Shown: one piece after another, positions 1-6,825 of the stretch
Numbering within the stretch: position 1 is the stretch's first letter
Layout: every line of letters starts with the position of its first letter
DNA from: a virus
Lineage: Duplodnaviria > Caudoviricetes
Reading direction: 5' to 3' (one strand)
IMG/VR virus record: IMGVR_UViG_3300037470_000258
Span: 1-31,008 of that record
DNA length: 31,008 nucleotides
Translations under genes and position numbers: made by a program
The notes under the pieces: generated by a model
Database searches by the model: none
Told to the model about the DNA's origin: nothing
What the model saw: the letters and a program-made list of their open reading frames with translations, nothing else

Positions 1-530
1 AGTCGTTTCTTGTTGCGTCGTATGTTCGCGCTCAGGTTTTTCAGGTCGGGAAACGGGATGTCGGTCCCTCCCGGCCAGAACTTGAAGTTGTTAACGGCCC
101 GGGCTTGCAGCTCGGGTGTCAGATTCCATTCGCCTGCCGGGACTCCTTTACGGGCTGCGGTGTTCGCGGCCTTCTTGATGTCCCTCTCAGCTTCCAGTTC
201 CGCAATCCGCTCCTGTAGGGCTTCGACTGCGTTGGCGTCGTCTGAGTAGATGGCCCGTTCCGCGGCCGCTTCGATGCCGTCTGCCCGCCGGCGGAACTCG
301 TCCGCTTTGCGCTGATCCTCTATCGAGCGTCTCATACCGTTTTGAATCCGCTCAGCGTCTTTGCGGGCTCGTCCTTCGGAGTGGTGTCCTACGAGGATGG
401 GTTGGCCGAACGGGATCATGTCCGCAATCTGGTCTACCCGTTCCCGTGTGGCCTCTGATTTGGCTTCCCGTTTGTCTGCCCATTCGCGGTATCGGTCGGC
501 TTTCGCTTCTCGTCTCTCCCGGTAGGTCAT
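1..530 (-). CDS. DUF3560-family protein (3' end runs off the window)
   Basis: Hand translation from ATG 530: MTYRERREAKADRYREWADKRE...MIPFGQPILVGHHSEGRARKD...IYSDDANAVEALQERIAELE...NLSANIRRNKKR. IPFGQPILVGHHSE is the DUF3560 signature. ATGA overlap with the upstream gene. Absent from the ORF track because its stop lies outside the window. Confidence 0.92.
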   Translation of the reverse strand, partial: MTYRERREAKADRYREWADKREAKSEATRERVDQIADMIPFGQPILVGHHSEGRARKDAERIQNGMRRSIEDQRKADEFRRRADGIEAAAERAIYSDDANAVEALQERIAELEAERDIKKAANTAARKGVPAGEWNLTPELQARAVNNFKFWPGGTDIPFPDLKNLSANIRRNKKR

Positions 531-724
531 GGCGCGACCCTTGCGAGCTCGACGACTTCGGTTGTGATGTCTGGGTTGACGGCTCCGCTGCTCCAACGTA
601 CACCTTTGCGGGACACGTTGACGTAGACGACCGGCCCGCCGAGCCCTTGTCTGAAGATGACCATGTACCGTTTCCCGCAGTAGTTGACTCTCACCTTGCG
701 GAGTGGGTGTGTATTGTGTGACAT
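527..724 (-). CDS. Hypothetical protein, 65 aa (MSHNTHPLRKVRVNY...)
   Basis: ATG at 724 preceded by SD GAAAGGAG. Stop overlaps the DUF3560 ATG (ATGA). Confidence 0.85.
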   Translation of the reverse strand: MSHNTHPLRKVRVNYCGKRYMVIFRQGLGGPVVYVNVSRKGVRWSSGAVNPDITTEVVELARVAP

Positions 725-762
725 TGCGCTCCTTTCTTGTTTTGTTTGCGCTGTCAATGCGA

Positions 763-791
763 ACCTTACAGGACGGGAGCGCACCTGTCAA
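763..791 (-). promoter_or_regulatory. Housekeeping-sigma promoter for the leftward operon
   Basis: Minus strand TTGACA (791-786), 17-nt spacer, TAAGGT (768-763), about 40 nt upstream of ATG 724. Confidence 0.8.
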
Positions 792-794
792 CCC

Positions 795-813
795 CAAACT
801 TACAGAAAGTTTG
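795..813. promoter_or_regulatory. 7-bp inverted repeat, candidate operator between divergent genes
   Basis: CAAACTT-acaga-AAGTTTG, next to the -35 of the leftward promoter and 2 nt before ATG 816. Confidence 0.4.
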
Positions 814-815
814 AG

Positions 816-1075
816 ATGAACGTCCACACCTACCCGACAAAAGACCGGATAACCCACGACACGAACACTCTCGACGACTGTCGTGCGGACCATCAGTCGA
901 ATTCGTTACTGGCGGAGCCCACATCGTCCACCATTCGTTAGACGGCCGAGAACACACTGAACCTGACCACAACCGGAAGGACTGCCCAGGATGCAGACAC
1001 AAGACGCCCGAGCCTTCGCAGTTTCCCGACTCGACCAACCCCACCAGCATCACCGCCACTGCGTCCACAACATGA
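816..1075 (+). pseudogene. Small His/Cys-rich phage protein broken by a 1-nt deletion (or a sequencing error)
   Basis: MNVHTYPTKDRITHDTNTLDDC, then after 2 nt (882-883) another frame continues CGPSVEFVTGGAHIVHHSLDGREHTEPDHNRKDCPGC...STT* and ends in an ATGA overlap with gene 1072. The span is 260 nt, one short of 87 codons. Confidence 0.75.
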
Positions 1076-1242
1076 GCGCCGAAGATCAATACGCCCAACG
1101 CAAGCGCAACGGGCCCGGCCGCGAGTGGACAGATGAAGAGATGCAACTACTCCGCCTGGACCAACACATCGTTACGATTACATCAGAAGACTGGGAGATA
1201 GACGTACCAGACCTCGACTACTCCCGCTTCCTCGATAGTTAA
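1072..1242 (+). CDS. Hypothetical protein, 56 aa (MSAEDQYAQRKRNGPGREWTDEEMQLL...)
   Basis: ATGA-coupled start. WT-EE--LL motif reminiscent of a Myb/HTH start. Confidence 0.7.
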   Translation: MSAEDQYAQRKRNGPGREWTDEEMQLLRLDQHIVTITSEDWEIDVPDLDYSRFLDS

Positions 1243-1540
1243 CGATACACAACAGCCCACAACAACCATCAACAGCATTTGGTCTTACTTCTTGTTGCTC
1301 GGCATTACACTGTAAGGTTGAGCCGGGCATTGCTGGCTGAAACACTATCCCAGCTTGTCATAATGGTGGTTATGGGCACACGAAAGGTGAACGTTTCCCC
1401 TGGTCAGAGTACCTTTCCCGACCGGCCTTGACATAACCACCACCACACCACGCCGACATCACAAAAGGCCGATCCCAATACGGCGGGGCCCTGTATGTGG
1501 ATGTGAGGGGTTTTTTGGGGTGTGGTAGTGCCGGGTTCGG
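1243..1540. other. Non-coding region with nested inverted repeats, candidate packaging-initiation or terminus region
   Basis: IRs GGTGGTTATG 1365-1374/CATAACCACC 1432-1441, GAAAGGT 1382-1388/ACCTTTC 1411-1417 and CACCACCACACC 1438-1449/GGTGTGGTAGTG 1519-1530. Switch from C/A-rich to G/T-rich near 1485. Lies just upstream of the terminase. Confidence 0.5.
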
Positions 1541-1750
1541 CTAGAGGGTGAGGCTTTCGACTGTCTGTTGGATGAGCGCGTATAGGCCACCGTGGCGGAA
1601 TCTGCTTAGGACGATGGGTTTGTTCTGGAGGATGTGTTCGGCGGCTTCTTGCTGCCATGCGGCGAGTTCGGGCGGACTGTCACCCCACCGTGCGTGGAGG
1701 AAGCTCACGAGGCTTTCGGCTTCATTCTGGGTGAGGGTGCGGTCTTCCAC
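1541..1750 (-). CDS. Small antisense protein, 69 aa, probably leaderless, with a degenerate Walker-A-like segment
   Basis: GTG 1750: MEDRTLTQNEAESLVSFLHARWGDSPPELAAWQQEAAEHILQNKPIVLSRFRHGGLYALIQQTVESLTL*. Extended -10 TGC-TACAAT lies 7 nt upstream of the GTG. These are the last 69 codons of the 507-aa shadow ORF. Confidence 0.7.
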   Translation of the reverse strand: MEDRTLTQNEAESLVSFLHARWGDSPPELAAWQQEAAEHILQNKPIVLSRFRHGGLYALIQQTVESLTL

Positions 1751-1757
1751 GTAGCGG

Positions 1758-1766
1758 ATTGTAGCA
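1758..1766 (-). promoter_or_regulatory. Extended -10 promoter (TGnTACAAT) for a leaderless mRNA
   Basis: Minus strand TGCTACAAT-CCGCTAC-GTG. Confidence 0.65.
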
Positions 1767-1780
1767 GGGGGGTGGGGCTT

Positions 1781-3910
1781 GTGGAGTTTCAATGCGCCGC
1801 CGCGAATGCGAAGGGCGAGCCTTGTAGGTCGAAGTTTCGGTCTTCGGGTAACCCGGAGTTTTGTTCGCGTCATGATCCGGCGAGGGATGAGTTTTGGCGG
1901 GCGGCGTCGAAGCGGGGCGGGAAGAACCGCAAACGGGTTTCTGGCACCTGCCGGTTGGATGGGTGTCAGCGTCGGTTGCCGAAGAACCGGGCGAAGTGGT
2001 GTTCGGATGAGCACGCGGCGTTGGGGGCTCAACGGGCTCGCCGGGACCATGAGGACCTGGTCGGGTCGGATGAGCCTGTGGCTTCGCAAACGAGGCGTCC
2101 CGTCCCCGAATTCTACGACCGGGGCTACCACAAGCTCGAGAAGGGCGAGTGGACTACTGACCTGAAACGGGAGGTTGCCGACGAGTTCGGTGTGACGGTG
2201 AACACGGTGGACCGTTGGATCAACTACGTGGAACAGGAACGTTTGGAGGCGAACCGCCGGGAGGGTTGGGTCGAACCGGACCGGAAGTTTCCCCGCAGGT
2301 GGAAGGACCTGACCGCGGAGTTCGTGGCGGTGTTGAAGGAGGATTTCCGCTGGTTCCGCAGTCAGGTTTTCGTAACGGAGGATGAGGAACCGTACCTGAT
2401 CGCCGACTTCCATGAAGGCTGGTTGGACAACCTGTTGGAATGTTTCGTGACCCGGGGCCGGACGATGATCCTTTCCCCGCCCCGTCATGGGAAAACGGAG
2501 TTGTTGTCGCATCTGGTGGTTTGGCTGATCGCCCGGTTCCCGAACATTCGGATCATTTGGATAGGCCCGAACGACGAAGTAGCGCAGGACATTGTCGGCC
2601 AGTCGATCCTGGAACACTTCGAGGACAACCCGATCCTCGAGGAGTTGTTCTGCCCGCCCGGTCAGTCGTTCAAACCGAAAGGCCGTGGCCGGTCGTGGAC
2701 AAAAACCGGGTTTACGGTCGCGACCCGCACCGTGTTCGGTATCAAATCCCCTTCCGCGAAGTTCCTGGGCCGGGGCGGCACCCTTGTCTCCCGGGATGCG
2801 GATGTGATCATCTGCGACGACATCGAACAGGACAAGACGGTGTGGCAGCCGGGAACCAGGGAGAAAACCCGCAACTGGGCTTCGACGTCCCTGTTCTCCC
2901 GGAAAACGAAGAAGACGGCCATCGCGTTTATCGGTTCCCGTCAACACCCAGACGACCTGTGGCAGCATTTCCTGGACACGCCCGGGTTCGAAACGATTGT
3001 CGAAGTCGCCCACGACCCGAACTGTGAAACCCCGCAGAACGACCCGGACCTCTACCCCGAACACGAATCGTGCATGTTGTGGCCGGAGGTCAACGACTTC
3101 GCCTGGCTGAAAGAAATGGAAGTCGTCAACGAAGAGTTAGGCGGGGCGGACACGTTCGCCATGGTCTATTTGAACCGTGTCACCGGATTGGGGCTGTCAG
3201 TGTTCGAAGCCGCCGACGTGGCCGCCTGCAAGTCGAACAGGTACCGGCTGGAACAGATCCCCACCCCGATAAGGGAGGGTTCGGAGGAGCCGGGCGGGAT
3301 AAGGCTGATCGCCGGACTCGACCCGTCAGGGGCCGGGTATCAGGCAGCGGTGTGTTGGGCCGTCCAGGTGGTACCGGAACTGCACATGTGGTTGTACGCG
3401 GTCGAGAACCAGGAGGGTGGAGGTATCGCCCAAGCCCGCCGAACGTTCGAAGCGTGGGCGGAGAAGGGGATCAAACATTGGGTGGTGGAAGAAAACCTGT
3501 ACCAGCATGGTATCGGCAAAGACGAAGGTGTGATCGCTCTCCGTCAACAACACGGGATCACCCTGGAACCGACATGGACCGGCGAAAACAAGTGGGACCC
3601 CTACATTGGGGTTTCAACACTGAACCCGTTGTTCGTTAACAAGCAGATCACACTCCCCTACGGCAACCCGGACTCTGTTGCTGCGTCGGACGTGTTTCAA
3701 CGGCAGCTCGTCAACTTTTCGAACGCTCCCCGCAACCGGAACACGAAGGGCGGCTACAAGTCGGACCTGGTGATGGCCGCATGGTTCCCGATGCAGGTGA
3801 TCCGCCGGTGGAAGTCCGAGTTCAACGCCGAAATGGGTGTCGACACAGGTAGTTACGCCGGCTTCGTGTTTGACGATGTTCCGTGGGACACCATGCTCGA
3901 AGCTGTTTAA
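1781..3910 (+). CDS. terL: Terminase large subunit with N-terminal Zn-finger-like and HTH extension
   Basis: Walker A SPPRHGKT, Walker B ADVIICDD, motif III GSRQH, nuclease motifs IAGLDPS, VVEEN and SDLVMAAW. Start moved to GTG 1781 (G-rich SD; avoids overlap with the antisense gene 1541-1750). Confidence 0.95.
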   Translation: MEFQCAAANAKGEPCRSKFRSSGNPEFCSRHDPARDEFWRAASKRGGKNRKRVSGTCRLDGCQRRLPKNRAKWCSDEHAALGAQRARRDHEDLVGSDEPVASQTRRPVPEFYDRGYHKLEKGEWTTDLKREVADEFGVTVNTVDRWINYVEQERLEANRREGWVEPDRKFPRRWKDLTAEFVAVLKEDFRWFRSQVFVTEDEEPYLIADFHEGWLDNLLECFVTRGRTMILSPPRHGKTELLSHLVVWLIARFPNIRIIWIGPNDEVAQDIVGQSILEHFEDNPILEELFCPPGQSFKPKGRGRSWTKTGFTVATRTVFGIKSPSAKFLGRGGTLVSRDADVIICDDIEQDKTVWQPGTREKTRNWASTSLFSRKTKKTAIAFIGSRQHPDDLWQHFLDTPGFETIVEVAHDPNCETPQNDPDLYPEHESCMLWPEVNDFAWLKEMEVVNEELGGADTFAMVYLNRVTGLGLSVFEAADVAACKSNRYRLEQIPTPIREGSEEPGGIRLIAGLDPSGAGYQAAVCWAVQVVPELHMWLYAVENQEGGGIAQARRTFEAWAEKGIKHWVVEENLYQHGIGKDEGVIALRQQHGITLEPTWTGENKWDPYIGVSTLNPLFVNKQITLPYGNPDSVAASDVFQRQLVNFSNAPRNRNTKGGYKSDLVMAAWFPMQVIRRWKSEFNAEMGVDTGSYAGFVFDDVPWDTMLEAV

Positions 3911-3919
3911 GGAGGTGAC

Positions 3920-4276
3920 ATGACCGTATTCGTAGGTGAGAACGACACCGCCCCCGTAATAAACGGGATTCTCGGCACGCTCAACGACAAGAACGTGTTC
4001 GACAACGCGTCGGCGACAGCTGTGACGATTGCTGGGGCGACCGTCCGGTTCCACATGCTCGACAGTTCCGGCACCGTCAAAGTGGATTCCGCCGCGACCA
4101 ACACTGAGGACGCAGCCGGGGATACGGGGGAGGTCACTTATTCGTGGGATGCGGCGGACACGGACACGTCAGGCTGGTTCAAAGGCGAATTCGAAGTGAC
4201 GTTCGCTGACGGCACAATCCAAACCTACCCGAACCAGTCGAAAATCCCCATTCTCATAAGCGGAGATATTGCGTGA
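3920..4276 (+). CDS. BppU N-terminal-like (baseplate upper protein-like) structural protein
   Basis: SD AAGGAGGTG. Pattern DTAP...ATVRFHM...G.VTYSW...DTD.SG.F.GEFEVTF.DG..QTYP is typical of BppU_N-like Ig folds. Confidence 0.75.
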   Translation: MTVFVGENDTAPVINGILGTLNDKNVFDNASATAVTIAGATVRFHMLDSSGTVKVDSAATNTEDAAGDTGEVTYSWDAADTDTSGWFKGEFEVTFADGTIQTYPNQSKIPILISGDIA

Positions 4277-4286
4277 GAGGTGAAGT

Positions 4287-6041
4287 ATGACCCGTTCCGC
4301 CGCTGAAGCCCTCACCCGTGCTGACACTCTCCGAAGGAACATGGATTTCGCTGCGACAACCCGTTGGCGTATCCGTTCCATTCTCGACGGAGGCCCCGAA
4401 GCCATCCGCGCCCTTTTGGGCGATAAAATGGCCAACCTTTCCAGGGAACAGCCCGACCTGCCGTGGCCCAACCTGATCCACTCAGGTATCACCGCACTCG
4501 CCCAGAAACTCGGTCACATTCCCGAAGCCCGGGTCACCCCACCCCATTCGACGGATTCGGAAGCTCCGCGGAGGCGTGCGGAGAAACGGGAGCGGATTGT
4601 CGACGCCTACGACGACTACGACCGCATGGAACTCCAACTCCCCCAGGTGGGCAGGTGGCTTCCCGGCTACGGGTTCGCAGTGTGGACCGTCACTCAACGA
4701 TTCCACGAAGGGCACGTCTACCCGTGCGCCCAGTTGAGAGATCCGCATGACTGTTACCCGGGGGCGTGGGGGGTCGACCAGCAGCCCGACGAGCTCGCCG
4801 TCTACCGCCGCATCCCCCCCCTCGAAGCTAAACGACTCTACCCCGGGTTCGCCGCGAAAATCGACAGTAAAAGCAGGGCCTACGACTGGTCGAGCGGAGG
4901 GGTCATCCTCTCTTCAGGATGGTCGAACCAGACCGGACGTGGCCTGGAGATTGTCGAATACTACGATGCTGACGGAACCCACATTCTCATACCCGAAATC
5001 GACGAACGGGTCGACTTCCACCCCAACCCCCTGTCCTCCCCGGCTTTCGTTGTTGCGAAAAGGTTCGCGTTCAACCACCTGATCGGCCAGTACGACCACG
5101 GTATCGGACTGATGGGAGCCTTAGCGAAATTCAACATTCTGTTTTTGACAGCGATGGAAGACAACGTGTTCGCCCCGACCAACATTATCGGCGATTTCGA
5201 CGGCCAATACAAGACCGGACGTAGAGCAATCAACCGGCTCTCGCCCAACACCACTGTTGACCGGCCCCAGTCGAACGTTTCGTACCAGGCCGGCGAATTC
5301 CTATCCCGCACCGAACGCAACCTGCGGAACATTATCCGATATTCGGTTCAGGATGATGGGGAGTCTCCGTTGAGTTTCGCGACCGGGGCAGGGTTGGACG
5401 AACTCCAGGCGACGGCGAATGCGGAGGTGCTCGAATACCAAAAGGTGATTCGGTACGCGCTACAAGACCTCGACGCTAAGAGGCTCGAATGGGACGAAGT
5501 CGTGAGCCCGAACACGAAGAAACCTTTGGCCGGGTTGAAAGAAGGCATCCCCAAAACCGAAACGTACACCCCGTCGAAAGACATCAAAAAGGCCTACAAA
5601 ACAAAACGCGAGTTCGGGATTATGGCTGGACTCGACGACCCGGGGAAGATCGTCGCTGGTGGTCAACTCATGCAGATGAAACTGATCGACCGTTTGTCGT
5701 TGCAGGAGAAAATCAGCGGGCTCGACGACCTGTCGCTGATAAACGAGCGTATCCACGACGACAACATGCGCGACGTTCTCGGTCAAGCCCTGATGCAGGC
5801 CGCGGCGCAGGGCGACCAGAGGGCGTTGATGCTGGCTACTGAAGCTCTCCCCGCTGGCGACCCGCTCAAAACACTCGCAACCAAATACTTCACTCCAAAT
5901 CCGCCCGAGATGAGCGAAGAAGAACAGGCGATGATCGGCGGAGGCCAAGAGGAACAACCGACCGATGTCACCACTGTTCTCTCGAGGCTCACCGGTTCAG
6001 GGCAGCAGGGTGGGATCCAAACGGTTTCGACCGTTCCGTAA
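4287..6041 (+). CDS. Portal protein
   Basis: 584 aa, follows the terminase. Mixed alpha/beta with GRWLPGYGF, DP.DCYP, EIVEYYD and S.ATG.GLDEL motifs and a Q-rich C-terminus, as in podovirus-like portals. Confidence 0.85.
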   Translation: MTRSAAEALTRADTLRRNMDFAATTRWRIRSILDGGPEAIRALLGDKMANLSREQPDLPWPNLIHSGITALAQKLGHIPEARVTPPHSTDSEAPRRRAEKRERIVDAYDDYDRMELQLPQVGRWLPGYGFAVWTVTQRFHEGHVYPCAQLRDPHDCYPGAWGVDQQPDELAVYRRIPPLEAKRLYPGFAAKIDSKSRAYDWSSGGVILSSGWSNQTGRGLEIVEYYDADGTHILIPEIDERVDFHPNPLSSPAFVVAKRFAFNHLIGQYDHGIGLMGALAKFNILFLTAMEDNVFAPTNIIGDFDGQYKTGRRAINRLSPNTTVDRPQSNVSYQAGEFLSRTERNLRNIIRYSVQDDGESPLSFATGAGLDELQATANAEVLEYQKVIRYALQDLDAKRLEWDEVVSPNTKKPLAGLKEGIPKTETYTPSKDIKKAYKTKREFGIMAGLDDPGKIVAGGQLMQMKLIDRLSLQEKISGLDDLSLINERIHDDNMRDVLGQALMQAAAQGDQRALMLATEALPAGDPLKTLATKYFTPNPPEMSEEEQAMIGGGQEEQPTDVTTVLSRLTGSGQQGGIQTVSTVP

Positions 6042-6066
6042 GCAAAACCAAGTGAAAGGAAACATC

Positions 6067-6294
6067 ATGGCAAGAAAAAACTATGGGCTGACAGAGGACG
6101 CCAAAAAGTGGGTTGAGGATGTGAAAAAGGGGCAGGTCGGTACACCGAAACCGACCGTGGCTCGACCGACCCGGAAGGTTTCAATGACCGCCGCGGGGAA
6201 GATTCGTGCCCGTTCGGTCGGGGTTTCCAGCTCCTCCCGGCAGAGAACCAACAAGCGCGGACCAGCGAACCGTAAACGGAAAAAGACCTACTAG
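6067..6294 (+). CDS. Small basic protein, 75 aa
   Basis: SD GAAAGGA before ATG 6067. K/R-rich. Confidence 0.75.
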   Translation: MARKNYGLTEDAKKWVEDVKKGQVGTPKPTVARPTRKVSMTAAGKIRARSVGVSSSSRQRTNKRGPANRKRKKTY

Positions 6295-6309
6295 GACTAG
6301 GGAGGCGGC

Positions 6310-6792
6310 ATGACATCACGCGAACAGGCTGTACGTGCCCCAACGGGACTTCCCTACGGGCAGCGGAAACAGTTGGAGGACGCGCAACGTGCAGTTCCCC
6401 TCCCCGACAACACGACCCCAGGCGGCCAACAGCAAGGGGTTGCGAACGTGCAACCCCCGAACGTGTTCGCCCCCACCGCCCGACCCGGCGAACCGCTGAC
6501 CGCGGGAGCTGCGGAAGGGCCGGGTCCTGCGTCGCTGGAACTGTTACCTCCCGACCCGGTAGCCCATTTAAGGGCTTTGTACGGGAGGTTCCCCCACGAG
6601 GACCTGAGACGACTGTTGGAACGGGCTAGCGAAAGCTCCGCAGGTCGCGGCGGTACTGCCGCCACCACGAACGCCCCCCGGCCTCCCACCAGAACATCAC
6701 AGCCCACGGGGCCGCAAACCCCACAATCCCCCACCCCGGCATCAGCCACTCCACCAGCCCCCCCAGGCCCACCGACAGAAACAGGACTATGA
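6310..6792 (+). CDS. Pro/Gln-rich post-portal virion protein
   Basis: SD GGGAGG. GLPYG and PTARPGEPLTAG..GPG motifs. The C-terminal ~55 low-complexity codons overlap an antisense gene. Confidence 0.8.
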   Translation: MTSREQAVRAPTGLPYGQRKQLEDAQRAVPLPDNTTPGGQQQGVANVQPPNVFAPTARPGEPLTAGAAEGPGPASLELLPPDPVAHLRALYGRFPHEDLRRLLERASESSAGRGGTAATTNAPRPPTRTSQPTGPQTPQSPTPASATPPAPPGPPTETGL

Positions 6793-6799
6793 CACCCAT
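6626..6799 (-). CDS. Small antisense membrane protein, 57 aa, probably leaderless
   Basis: MGVIVLFLSVGLGGLVEWLMPGWGIVGFAAPWAVMFWWEAGGRSWWRQYRRDLRSFR*: two hydrophobic segments and a basic tail. -10 TACACT (6812-6807) lies 7 nt upstream of the ATG. Confidence 0.7.
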   Translation of the reverse strand: MGVIVLFLSVGLGGLVEWLMPGWGIVGFAAPWAVMFWWEAGGRSWWRQYRRDLRSFR

Positions 6800-6825
6800 G
6801 CGGGTGAGTGTACCGGAGGTGTCAA

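Noticed and set aside
1634-1780. Terminase N-terminal extension MFGGFLLPCGEFG...
   Set aside because: Overlaps the better-supported antisense gene. GTG 1781 has an SD-like G run and begins the Zn-finger-like domain.
1751-3064. 507-aa minus-strand ORF (1541..3064)
   Set aside because: Antisense shadow of the terminase in high-GC DNA. Only the last 69 codons, outside terL, look like a real gene.
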